Positions 36,348 through 48,331 of a stretch of 64,000 nt of DNA are shown in pieces; within the stretch, counting starts at the first letter, position 1, and the number at the start of each line of letters is the position of its first letter. The stretch is from Puccinia triticina. Lineage: Eukaryota. A program made the position numbers and the translations under genes. The notes beneath the pieces were generated by a model that was not told the DNA's origin, did no database searches, and worked only from the letters and a program-made list of their open reading frames with translations. Location: contig CP110439.1 of NCBI GenBank assembly GCA_026914245.1, positions 7,254,001 to 7,318,000 on the forward strand. Reading direction: 5' to 3'.

Positions 36348-38093
36348 ATGCAATGGATCCACTTTTTCTTTCTTGGTTTTGCGGCCATCATTGCTCCGAC
36401 TACCAGGGCAACTGATCAGCTCGAGTATCCTGTCGGAAGACTTTTGGATCCCTCGACTGATTTGTCCCTGAAATTGAATTCAAACGATGATCCCACACAT
36501 CCCAAACACGCAGCTGATGGATACATCAAGCCACAAGAATACGATCTCATGTCTCTTGGCGGATCAAGTGGACGTGGAAAACCCCTCAAAATCAACGAGG
36601 AAATCAAAGTGCACTTTCCCGAAGACCCCGTCGGAGCTTCACTCCGAGATCACTCACATGGCTTCTTGGATTTGTCACTGGCTAATTCTCATTCCAGGGG
36701 TCTGATGGCCAGCAACATTCAGCTGGGAAAAAGAACCAGGCCACCAATGGCTGGATGGGGGAATTTGGATAGAACTGTGGCGACAAGACCAGGCGCTGAA
36801 TCAGAATCAAACCCCGATGGCTGGTTCCTCAAATCCTCGGAAAATGCGTTGACTCAATCAAGAATGGAGCCCCTCCGACCTGAAAGGGTTTCTAGCACAA
36901 CTCAAGACTTGCTGTCTATGGTCGGGAAAGACCCCGAAACCTCTTCAGCTGCTCATCCCATTGTCTCTTTATTACCCCAGTCAGAAAGGCAGGCAGTCCG
37001 AAATACATTCAATCTGAGAAACAATGCGCCGTTTGAAAAAAGTGCATCCTTTGAACAAATATCTCCCCAATTCACCAGAAGTTTTCCATACCATTCCTTC
37101 GCCAACGTCAACCCACCTCATGGCATTCCAGTCGAATTCCCAACATCACAACACTTTGAATTGTCGAAAAATACACCAGTAAAAGTCGTAAGCAATTTGC
37201 AAAGAACAGGATCAAGACATCGTGGAAACATACCGGCCGAAGAAGGCAAAAGCCCAAAGGATCGCCAGATAATTCTTTCTGGAGAAAGCCCAACAGCCAA
37301 TCTTGGAAGATTGAAGATTGACATGTATATTTTCACGGTTGATGATGAGCTCCAGAATCCCCCACCTTGGATGCAGTCGATTGACATAGCACAACTAATC
37401 AGAAAACTGAATCAACTCCCGAAAGCTCTTATCAACGGTGATTTATTGCAAGAAGAGCAGCTTGAAGGAATGGCTCTTAGTATTCTGACACAAAAGCATC
37501 ATTTAAAGGTGTCAGCTGATATGATGACGCCCAAGATTGCGAAATTCGCGACTGTTGTGGATACCTGGCACAAATATTGGAAACAAGCAGCAAGACTTGA
37601 TCTGCAGAGCTGGGATGATCATAGCAGCTATTTCTCGGGCCATCCCGTTGTGATCCCACTGTTCTTTGTTTATGTTGAGATCCTCATTAGCGTCCTGCCC
37701 GCCACGTCGAGCAGAAAGCCCGGCTCAGAAGAGGAGAGGATGCAGGGCTATCGCGAGGAGATGGCCAAGGCTCTGAACCTGCTCCGAGAATTCAAAAGCT
37801 ACCTCGCCAACCCACGGGCATTCAGAGCAGTCCGAGAGATATGGAGGGAGAAGCGTGCAGTCACAGGCAGCATCGGCGGACGCAGAGTGGGAGAGGCTGC
37901 AGTCACATTGGCCTGGCACTTGCTCGAAATCTGGGTGGAAGCGGAACACCCGCAGCTTTGGCTGGACTTCAAAAATCAGTCTGAAGACAAACTGCACAAG
38001 TATCTGAAGAAGTTCTTCAACAACCTCTTCTTCTACGGAATCGAAGGTTTGACGAATCAAGCCCACAAGATCGTTGTAGGAGAGCATCTCTGA
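36348..38093 (+). CDS. Single-exon 581-aa predicted secreted protein, candidate effector
   Basis: ATG at 36348 starts a signal-peptide-like MQWIHFFFLGFAAIIAPTTRA. Disordered N-half and helical C-half. No recognisable family. Confidence 0.8.
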   Translation: MQWIHFFFLGFAAIIAPTTRATDQLEYPVGRLLDPSTDLSLKLNSNDDPTHPKHAADGYIKPQEYDLMSLGGSSGRGKPLKINEEIKVHFPEDPVGASLRDHSHGFLDLSLANSHSRGLMASNIQLGKRTRPPMAGWGNLDRTVATRPGAESESNPDGWFLKSSENALTQSRMEPLRPERVSSTTQDLLSMVGKDPETSSAAHPIVSLLPQSERQAVRNTFNLRNNAPFEKSASFEQISPQFTRSFPYHSFANVNPPHGIPVEFPTSQHFELSKNTPVKVVSNLQRTGSRHRGNIPAEEGKSPKDRQIILSGESPTANLGRLKIDMYIFTVDDELQNPPPWMQSIDIAQLIRKLNQLPKALINGDLLQEEQLEGMALSILTQKHHLKVSADMMTPKIAKFATVVDTWHKYWKQAARLDLQSWDDHSSYFSGHPVVIPLFFVYVEILISVLPATSSRKPGSEEERMQGYREEMAKALNLLREFKSYLANPRAFRAVREIWREKRAVTGSIGGRRVGEAAVTLAWHLLEIWVEAEHPQLWLDFKNQSEDKLHKYLKKFFNNLFFYGIEGLTNQAHKIVVGEHL

Positions 38094-38674
38094 TTCCTCA
38101 CGCAATCAACTTTTTCTTCTTTTTATATGAGTGTTTTTCTTATATACTTGGAAGGGTTCTTGGCCGCCGGGTTCTTCAGATTATGTGTTAAGCTCTTGTC
38201 CTCCTGACATTAAACTTGTTCCTATGTTGGCTACTCCGTCTGCGTATAATACAATCCTATTGTCTTTTTACAAATGCTTGGACGGATCTGCAATTTTTTG
38301 GAAATTTTGTTTCCATGAAAATATCATACAAGCCAGTTTTGGACCGAAGTTTTGTCTCCCAATGTAAGATCATCGGCCTGCATGGGATTTCCCATCATGC
38401 AGGATCTGACTCCTGCGGATTTTCAAGACAAATAACAAGCTTGAATTGACTTGTGCGGATTTTCACACCACAATCAAAGCCCATCAAATACCACACGATC
38501 ACATGAGGCCCCACGACCATGGCCCATTTGGCATTGCCCCATCCGCCCGCATCCTTCCATGCCGGCTCACACCAATATCGGTATTGTTATTCAACACCAT
38601 TCTCGGCCCGTTTGCCTCCTCACCCCTCTCCAGCTCAACCCAATTCGATCGGTTCCAAACAATCAACACCAATC

Positions 38675-40262
38675 ATGACAACCACGAATATGGATCAGTC
38701 AATTGACCCTCTCCTGGGCGGCGATGCTGCAGTCAATGATTCTCTCCCCACCTATACGCAAGTGATTACTGACCATCCCGCGGCTACTAAGAAGAAAACT
38801 CCCATCAAGAAATCCGCCGGAGTCAGGAAGAAACGAAAAGTATCCGGCAAATCCATTAATAACTCAGACAACGCAAACGACGGCTCCGTGGCCAGTGACC
38901 ACAAGGAAAATAGAGACGAGGTTGGCCTCTGATTTTTATTTCGAGCTTGATTGAGGGGTTATATCTGATGTTATACAATATGCATGCCATCCTGCTGACA
39001 TTATAGATTCAGATTGTCATTTGCGAGACCACTTTCAAATTCTACGTTTTGGACCAAGCTTTGAAAGGGAAAAAAATATGGGTGCCAATCAGCTCTGAAC
39101 GATCTTTCGACATTCCGATCACGGCTAGCCCAGCAGACCAGGCAACCAGCTATGCCGACTTTGTCACTCAACTCTTGGCTGAATGCAAAGCCGTCGAGGT
39201 AAACACCGGTCGGCTTGTCATTGAATCTTGGAAAAGTGAAAAGCCTGCGGTCACCTGGGCTGTCTCCATCCCTCGGGTGGCTGGTTTTGCAAAGGGCAAG
39301 CCATTCCTTGTTAATAATGAGGAGGCTTACAATAAGTGGATCAAGGCTCTTGTCGAAAACAAGAGTGATGCAACAACTCTATCCCTCAAAATGAAGAACC
39401 CGAACGCCGAAGCCAAACAAGCACACAATGCTCAGGTCCTAGCTAAAGAGGCCATACGTACCGAGGCGAAGAGGATGGTGATCGAGGCAAAGGAAGCGAA
39501 GCGTGCTGAGGACCTGAAGTCGGGCAAGCGCAATCTGGAGGATGACAATGATGATGAGGTTGAGGATCTGCTTGATGATGACAACAAGACGGATTCAGAT
39601 GCCGTGAAACTGATGGTGCGGAAGCTGTACGCAACGCACCCAGCAAACACCCATTACGACCGAGGACTTCCCGTCTACGTCAACCCCGCCGATCCCTCTT
39701 TATTCATTCCCTTGACCCACGGAAATGCACAGATATGGGCAAAATTGTTGGTAAGCCACATGTTGATGTCTGCTTTGATCGATGGGCCAAACTCATCCTC
39801 ATTCTTGCGCTCATTTATTTGTCTCAGATACAATCCAAGAGAGGTGTTTCCCTCCAATCTCCACCCAAAGTTTTACGCTATGAATCAGTCTTGGCCAAAC
39901 GAATCTCATCAAAAGCAAAGGCTCAAGCAATCGGCGGATCACAACCAAACTGTGGCGGGTGCTGCAGTTCATCACACCACCAGAATAAGTCACAGGCTCC
40001 GGTTAGCTCTGACGGTCCTTGACCAGGCCCCAACGCTGGGATTCGTGAATATGTCGAGTTAATCGGTTTGCGGGAGGCGTCCAAGGTGATAGATATCCTT
40101 GTCGAGAACGACATGATAAACTATAAGTCGTTCAGGTCATCAAACTTGGATCGAGCGGAACTACGAGGACTCGGATTGACTATTGGGGTAGTTACTGAGC
40201 TTGCTGATAATGTGGGAAAGTTCGAAAGGCACCTCGCCCGCCAAGAAGCACAAGAAGAATGA
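38675..40262 (+). pseudogene. Cargo gene A of element II (exons 38675-38920, 39007-39750, 39828-40262); one premature stop
   Basis: NLS-like RKKRK. GT-AG introns keep frame. TGA at 40020-40022. C-terminal EYVELIGL..DILVENDM..LDRAELRGLGLTIGVVTEL is SAM-like. Confidence 0.8.
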
Positions 40263-41072
40263 AGATCTGATACAACGTCTTACTTTTGTCTTTTTCTTTC
40301 CCATCTCACTCCCCTGCGTGGGCTCTGTGCGCCCCTGCCTCATATTTATTTTATTTCCATGTTTTCTTTCCATGTTTTCTTGCATGTGTAACTCGCTTGC
40401 TTGCGCGTGACACAATGCGACTTCAGACTGAACCTCATCAGCTTGAGAGCGTGCAACAGGGGACGAGCTTGAAATAGCCTGCTTCGGGACATTGCTTGCT
40501 TCGTCGCTGATCTCAATTGCTGGGGCCACTGAGCTTGTGCTGCATTTAGTCTAGTCTTTTTACAAGACGGTGGAGACTTCCTGGTCAAAGTCGTTTGAGA
40601 CATCAATTTCCTGGTCGAAGACGATGGTGACAGAAACCTGCCGGGAGCAGGATTATTGGCTTGAGTCCCTGACTCTACGGGTTGGCTTCTGGAGACCAGA
40701 TCAACCGCCGCACCCATTTCGGAATACAAATCAAGACGCAAGATTTGTAATCTTGCTTCTAGTCGAGTCGAGTGGCAATTCCACTCAACTCAGAATTGGC
40801 GGCGATTGATTGCGCACACAGAGAGACAGAAGAGAGAAACAAACAGGCCACTGGTCTAACCCCAAGGAGAACAAACAGGCCACTAAACTAAGACCAAGAC
40901 AGGACACAAACTGTATAACCGAGAACCTAAACAGCTGAGAGAACCGGAGGGTTGGTGGACGCTACAGCAATGGGACAGAGACGACAGCCAGAAGGCGCTT
41001 GATCAACAGTATGTCGCGAATTTAAATACTAATGTAATAGGTGTAGACCGAGCCACTACGAGTAGTAATTAA

Positions 41073-42354
41073 CTATTTTCCAAGACTAAGCGCTTGGTTA
41101 CGCTCCATGTCATCAACATACTCCTCTAATCTGGGCACGCCTTCCCAGAGTGAGCGTGCGGCGCCGATGGAGAAACCAAGAGCCATCAGATCGTCCTCGT
41201 CAGAGCTCCGGAAGAACGTCCAGTGCGTGATATGATGTTTCTTGAGGATTTCGCGAGTTTCTGTGTCCTTCGCATCAATGTGGGCAACCCACAGGTAAGT
41301 CTCCATGTTGATTTGTTCCACGGAACGGCGCACGGGACCCATCGGGACTCTGAGGTTTTTGACGGGGCATTTCAAATTGGTTTCCTCCTCGAGATGATTG
41401 GGAGCGGGATTTTCCTCGGGAAGAAAGAGGCGTTTTGGAAGGTCAACGAATTCGATGTCGCTACTATTGTCGGTGGGGGTGTGCACATAGTTTTGTGGAT
41501 GCTTGGCAACATGTCCTTTGCTGGGATCATTTGACTCGTTATTGGTGCTCGCCAACTCGTCCATGTCCCAACTATCCCGGGAATTGGCCACAGAGGCAAG
41601 GCACCTCTTATAGGTTTCGGTCAGCAAGATTCTTGGGCCGCCGGTGATGACAATGTTGTGGGCATCTTCCAACAAAGTCCATGCATACTACCATTGTAGG
41701 TTAAACATTGAAATTGTTAGTATTCTTGATTGGCAAAGATCTCATCGATCAAGAGATAGCTAGCTCACCTTCAAAACGGATGGTTCCTCGCGCGGGTCCT
41801 TCATAATCAAACGAAACTTGACATCCGCGGGGTATGCCTTGTAAGCTGCCGCACCAAAGCCCAAAAAGTCCAGGTGGCCTTGGAGCAGAAATCCGTGTGG
41901 GGGTCCGTACTTTGGGTGGCCGGAAATTGACCCAAACCAGCTGATCTCCTTTCCTTGGTTTGCCTTTTGCATAGCAGGGAGGAGAGCCAAGCACTTTTGA
42001 GATGAAAAAGCCAAAGCACCATCGTGGAATTCCTTCCAGTGCATCGATTGGATATGAGCTGACCAGGGTAAAGTCCACGCCTTGGAAGAAACTTTGGTCC
42101 ACTCGAGAGCGGTATCAATATCCTGTGGACCGGCTGGGTGCTCATCCTTCAAGAATGGAAGGCAGCAAATATTAAAATCTGGTCCGCTAAATAAGGGGCT
42201 TATTATTTAGTGGACGAACCGGGATCTCATTCCTCAAGAACAAAAGACAGCGAATGTCAATAGGTACCATACGGCTAGGGAAAGTGGTGTCGGAATTGGC
42301 ATCGGCATTTTGGGTTTCTTCACAGAGGATGTAATCTGGATGGCTGGGGTACAT
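41073..42354 (-). CDS. Cargo gene B of element II (multi-exon; SAM-like C-terminus; first exon tentative)
   Basis: Open exons ~42152-41768 and ~41686-41073. METYLWVAHIDAKDTETREILKKHHITHWTFFRSSDEDDLMALGFSIGAARSL. Homologous to 25126-26340. Confidence 0.75.
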
Positions 42355-43055
42355 GATGCTTTGAGAGGAGATTGATGAGTTATTTGTTGGTGTGCTACTG
42401 ATTGATCGGTGGATAACGGATCAGATCAGGCTGGCTAGTAGGTGTTGTATCCAACCTCACACTATAAATAAATATTCCAAACGGAGGCAAAGAAGTAACA
42501 TTTGCCCCAACCTCACACTTGGATCATAGGGCGACTCGACTCGCCCGGTTACTAGCCGCCGTGGGTCAGGGAATTGGCCTTGGGCATCTCAATGAATGCC
42601 CAAGTGTCAGGTGACGACTGTCATGTCAATCGTATGTGCTGCGCAGATTAAGATTGTGTGCTTGTTGGTTAGAACTGCCCACGGTGTAGTCATCCCGTGA
42701 TGGCCCACAAATTCAGTGGGCCACATTGTTGATTTGATACCGATACCCCTGCCCAAAAGCTTAACCCATTTGTTAAGCGTTGGGAGTGGGATAATCTGCA
42801 GAGCCAGGTGCAAACCACTCCCGGCGGTAGATTTGGCAGGTCCCCATTGGACTCTGTCTCTCTCTAAGGCGGGGAGGGGGCGGCAACCGCTGACACATGA
42901 GCACACCCAAAACACGTTGACTTCTCACCGATGGTTGGTTGGAAGTCCGAAAAATGATAAAGGTGCACCGTGTATAGATTTATTTAATTCAACCGCAGCG
43001 GGAAAATAGGAAAGAAATACAAGGGAACAACCCAAGCAGTGCATCTTTAGGATTA

Positions 43056-44229
43056 TTAGTCTTCTTCCTCAGGCACCGAGTACCCACAATGCCTGAAATG
43101 ATTGTAGCACAACTCAGGGGTTATCACAGATTCAACAGTCAGGCGAATATCCCACTCCGGATCTAAACTATCCATCAGTATCTTTGAGCGGCAAAGTCTG
43201 TACTTGAGGGCTGAGAAGCAGAGCTCAATTGGATTGAGCTCTGGGGTATAGGTTGGGAGATACTTGATCATGATGCCAGCGTCTATGCAAATTTGTTCCA
43301 CTCGACTCCCCTTGTGGATCTTGGCGTTGTCGCAAACAAGAATGGAGTTGGGGCCCGGATACGGATTCATCCGAGGAATCTAGCGTCAGCCAGAGCCCAA
43401 GAAACAGTTAGATTAGTGATGATCCATTGGATATCTGGGGAGCTCTGACAGGCGAGTACGTACCAAGTCCCACTCCAGGAAATCTTCCCACTTTTTAGCG
43501 TTGAATGTGTTATTGGTGAGGGCCAACGCAATCACACCGGAGATACTAATCGCAGGTAACACACTAATGCGCTCGGGATTTTGGTTGACAATGTATTGAG
43601 CCGAGGGAGTGCCTTTGGGTGAGCGGGCAAAGGTACGCAGCAAATCACGATCGCATATAGCTGTTTCGTTTAAGGAGAGGAGAGCCCCATGTGTCACCCT
43701 TTTTGTTTGTCTTCCCTGGAATTGCACCACTTGATTAAGTGGAAAGTATATAAGACCCACCCGAGAAAACCAAGAATTCGGCGGGAACAAATCGCATATG
43801 CTCAATGTATAGACATTTTGCAACAATGCATTTGCGTATGTTGACCGTACTTGGCTTCTTGAGGGTTATAGAAAGCTTCAAAACAAGATTTTGGTGAATT
43901 GCCTCGATAGAGAGAAGCGGTGCCTCATCGTGATAATCATACAAACGCTCGCGTATCTCGTCCAAGAAGAGGCTCGGTTCGTCTTCAACCAGCTTAATCA
44001 TGAATTGGATATCTTCACTCGTGAGGAGGCCCGGCCGACCTAGTCGTTCATAATCGGTCGGATTCCTAATGACACAGCGGGTCTGCTGGAACAATTCCAA
44101 CCAGCGGCTGAATGATTGTCTTGAAATCAACTCTCCAAGAGCGTTGCAAATGAAGTCGGCCGAGTGACCTTGGATAACCATGCGAATTGCTGCAACCTTG
44201 ATCGCTGGAGAATAACAAACAAAGACCAT
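43056..44229 (-). CDS. Tc1/IS630-like DD34E transposase, 3 exons (44229-43761, 43669-43464, 43379-43056); first acceptor reads AA
   Basis: LVFS|DETAI, VCDNAKIH..YLPTYTPELNPIELCFS. No stops in the exons. Same intron positions as 8378-9549. Confidence 0.9.
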
Positions 44230-44881
44230 CCTTCCTAGACATAAAGGCCATTCATTCAAGTTAGCTCAGCTGCAAAACGGGGGGCGGAAAACGATGAGGA
44301 AAAGTAACTTTGATGGATGGGCTCGAAATGACCCAGGGCCGGAAACTTGGTGAGCGGTGGTGCAATTGGTGTGATCGGGAAAGGACGAGGCAATGTGGGG
44401 GGAAAGTTGGATGTGATGGCCGTGGCTGGACCCTGTAGGAGGCAGGGGCTGAATTTCCCAGATATCGAGAGAGCTGGGCTGTGTAAATCCTGCAGATCCA
44501 TTACGTTTCGGATCTTCGGAGTTCAGAACTAGCTCACCGAGAGGTGGGAACGTAAGGAATGCCAGAGAGAAAAAAAAAGAGTCAGAAACTGGGATAATAC
44601 CGGTGTCTCCTTTGCTTGGTAAGTGCATAACCGGTGCACAAAGGATTAAAAAAAAACCCATTTGTCCAAGCATTTGTAAAAATACAATATGTAGAAATTT
44701 TTCAGCTGTGAGTTCCTGCCCCCCCGGGGTCTGTTTCGGTGGGCTGATACTCTTCTGAGGGAGGTCTCCACTCCAGCCAACTTCCTAGTCTTAACTCACC
44801 CTGGAAGTGGTAAGCACTTTTCCATCCAACTTCCGAGGAAAACGAACGACTGACAACCGCATCGCTTTCCAGCCGAGCCTC

Positions 44882-46930
44882 ATGGCCACCGCATCCTCGG
44901 CGAACCCGCTGCTCGAGTACCAGCCCGCGTACACCTACTCGATGCCCACCCAGCTGCTCATCCTCGGAATCGTCCTCACCCTGCTCACCGTCCTGCTGCT
45001 CCACCTGCTCTTCACCGCAAAGTACCACTACCCGCTCGCCCCATGCAACTTCATCCTGCTCTTTGCTGCCGTCATCCTCACCCATCTCTCAACCATCATC
45101 CTCGTCATCCTCACCAACATCCACCTCTTCAACCGCTCCCGCTACTGGCCCTTCATGTTCGACTACATCGAAGTCACCATGCCCATGACCGACTGGAACC
45201 TCGTCCCCCTCGCTGGCTGGTACATCATGCAGGGCGCCGTCACCTTCCTGGCTCATGTGAGTGCCCCATTCTCTTGATCTTTTCGCTCTGTAAGCCATCC
45301 CTCCTTTCTTCCTCTTCTTCTTCTTCTCCTTACCCAGCACATACAACCCTGAAATACTCCTCCATATTTCTATTTATTTATCTTTTTTTTTTTTTTGCGT
45401 TTTGCGTTTTGCTGCCCCCCACAGGCTACTCACATCCAATTCTTGACCCTTCTCTTCCCATCAACTCTAGAGCGAAGACTCATCCTGGCCTTCCTCGGCC
45501 CACTCTGCGTCTTTGCCTCCGTCCTCTTCTTCACCCATTTCCTCTCTGATCCGAACTACCAAGACCTGGGGGATGCGATCCGGAACACAGCCACATCCAC
45601 GCTCTCGCTGCTCTACACCTTCGGCCTGCTGATCTGGGGATACGTGGTCAACCGCAAGCGGGCCTGGGAGTTCGAGGGCGGCACCTTCGGCTTCGGGGCC
45701 ATGTCCATCAGCCTCGCCCTCGTAGGCACCGCTGCCAACTTCATCGAGGTCCGCGAGGACCGGCTCAAGTGGCTGCCCTGGCTAGTCAACACCGTCCTCC
45801 TCTGGCAGTCCTGGGCTGGCTTCTGGTGGTGGGTAGGCGCTGGGATGTGGTCGGGCGAGGTGCAGGATATCGAACGACGAGAAGACAAGAAGCGACGCAG
45901 GGAAGAGAAACGGCAGCGGAAACGATCCAAGATGTTCAACCTGATCTCCAACCTCACCCAATCCTCCCGCGACCTTGCATCCACCTCTGCCTTCAGCCCC
46001 ACTCTCCACCATCATCACGACTCGTCTGCCCAATCAATCAACCTGGTCAGATCCCCCTCCTCGAGACTCGGCTCAGCAACCGGCGCCTCGCGGGCATCGA
46101 CCATCCTGCGCCGATTCCCATCCTCGTCGCGGCAGGAGGAGGACCCGGGCCGGTCGATCGAGCTGGACGTCCTCAGTCCCCGGTCGAGCAACCGAGCCTG
46201 CGGCGAGCGGGACATGGCCGAGGCCCATCTCAGATCCCACGCCACAGAGGCCTCCTCCTCAACCAACGACACACCCACCACGGGGAGAGAGCGGCGCGGG
46301 ATGTTCTCGTTCATCCGCCAGCCCGGCTTCCTGCGCCACTGGCTCGGCACCCTCAGCCAGGCGCACAACGAGGCCGCCAAGCAACAGGCCCGGACGGCCG
46401 GCGTAGACCAAGTCAAGCGCTTCGGCATCCGCGCCATGACCCAGAAAGTCATCCAAGAACGGACCACCCAACAGCAACAGCACCGCTCGCCCGTCCACAG
46501 TCCGAGCTCCCTATCCATCGACCCCCGTCGTTCTCGGCAGCCGCCCCAACGAGGACGACGGGCGACTGCCGAGTCGGATTCGGACTGGGTCAGCGACGAC
46601 GAGCCCGCCTCCACTCTGCACCATCGCCCTCTAAGCGGGCCCTCGACCACCCCCTCCTACCCGCTCTCCCCCGCCCTCCACCACTATCCGGCCCAGCCCC
46701 AATACCAAAGCCTCCCCAAATCCTCGCCCCACTGTCTCCCCTCCCACACCCTCAACCTCGGCCTCCGTCTCGAAGACCAGCCCCTCCCCGCCCTCCCCGC
46801 CCCCTCCTCCGCGAACGACCCCCGCCAGCGCCACCTCCCCGACCCCGCTGACGACCATCGTCCCCCTCGTAGCTGGAAACGGCCCCTCGTCAAGGCGGCC
46901 AGACTCAGAGACGTCACAAGATACGATTGA
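44882..46930 (+). CDS. PalH/Rim21-type multi-pass membrane pH sensor (basidiomycete Rra1-like), ~626 aa, intron 45257-45424
   Basis: About seven hydrophobic segments (HLLFTAKYHYPLA, WPFMFDYI, THIQFLTLLFPS, FWWWVGAG), then a highly charged EDKKRRREEKRQRKR patch and a disordered tail. Confidence 0.75.
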
Positions 46931-47306
46931 CCCCGCTCTCCTCACATCCATCCTCCCACAAAACCCAAAACGGCGATCGGCCCGCACGTCTCTCCCACCG
47001 CGAGCTAGTCCTCATCATATCCATGTACTCCTTTCCCCCCAAGATCTCCTTCTTGTCTACCACACTTATCCCCCGCCTTCCACACATGTAACCCCCAGCT
47101 GTCCGCTTTCTTCTTTTAGGGCTCTCTTCGGCTTTCCGTCTCTCTATTTCCTTCCTCCTTGCTTATTCTCTCTAGGGTTTTTCTTGTCACTGCATCATAC
47201 ACACACACATACATATATGACATACACTTAGGCGCTCCACTCCATTAGCCCCACTCACAGTGGCAAAAACCAGGCCTGATCTCCTCATGATGCGTCCCAT
47301 AATAAA

Positions 47307-47703
47307 GGGTGTAACAGCTGTGCTACACGCGTTTTTCTGTATCTCCAAAAACAGATGGCAAGATGTCATAAGTACAGAAATATTTTTTGGATATTCTGGA
47401 TCCTCCCACATCCACAAATCAAAAACGCTTTTTTTCAACTTTCTTTATTGAAGTGGTAGTCCTTTGAAACTATGAAGCAGTGTCATTTGGGCGCTATTTT
47501 CAGTGCAGCTGTTTTGAGCTTTCAAATTCACCTGCTTCATGGATTTAAAGCCACATAATCCCAGTGCCAAGAATACAAAGATGCACTTTTGATTCCTGGT
47601 TGCAGGAGAATTTTGAATATCCAAAATAATCTGTGTACTTCTGGCATCCTGCCATCTATTTTTGGAGATACAGAAAAAAGCGCGTAGCACAGCTGTTACA
47701 CCC
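47307..47703. mobile_element. Harbinger-type MITE with long TIRs
   Basis: GGGTGTAACAGCTGTGCTAC... / ...GTAGCACAGCTGTTACACCC with inverted similarity over >100 bp. TAA on the right, (T)AAA on the left. Confidence 0.85.
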
Positions 47704-48331
47704 TAATTTAATTTATATCAACCGAGCTTCACCCTTTATGATCCCTTCGTTCCCTCTTCCTACTTCCGAACAAAGTTGAGGTTTTCCTATGTAATTTTAG
47801 CATGGTGCGCATCTGTCCAACGTGGTGAAACAGCGCGCGCCGCCCGCCGACCGCTTGGCTATACAGTATGTCACTGTGGCATCCATGAACACTGGTGCAT
47901 GGTGGCAGCTGGTGGCATTTGGGCTACGCTGCATGTATAACAGCCCATGTATTTATGTACATTGACCGGAGGAACAAGAAATCTGGGGGACTTTCGTGCA
48001 ATCTGGGCCGCAGATGCTGGGTTAGTCCCAAAACAACAAAAAATATTTTTGCAGGGAAGTCTAGCTTTTTGGGCTCTAGATTACTTCTGGGAGCTTCCGG
48101 GAGGCTCACAGATCTCAACGGCAAGTCACCCCACTTCGGATTGTACAGATCTTACATATTTGATGCATATCCGCCGCGGAGACCTGCGTCGTCGGGCTTT
48201 GGGGACTGCATCCATAAAAAGGTTCACATTCTAGCCCTGCCTGCGGTAGCCACCTCGCCCCGTAAATCTTTCGGAAACTTCACCTCTGACTTTCCAACTC
48301 TAACCATCCTTAGCGCACGCCACAAGTACCG

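Larger units (their letters stand above)
38260..44687 (-). mobile_element. Tc1/IS630-like cargo transposon II (6,428 bp, complete ends)
   Basis: 24-bp TIRs TTGTCTTTTTACAAATGCTTGGAC (38260-38283) and GTCCAAGCATTTGTAAAAATACAA (44664-44687), 23/24 match. TA at 38258-38259 and 44688-44689. Confidence 0.92.

Noticed and set aside
45613..46987. Long alternative-frame and antisense ORFs over the pH-sensor gene (also over 50400-55050)
   Set aside because: Expected shadows of GC-rich codon usage in real genes; no independent motifs.
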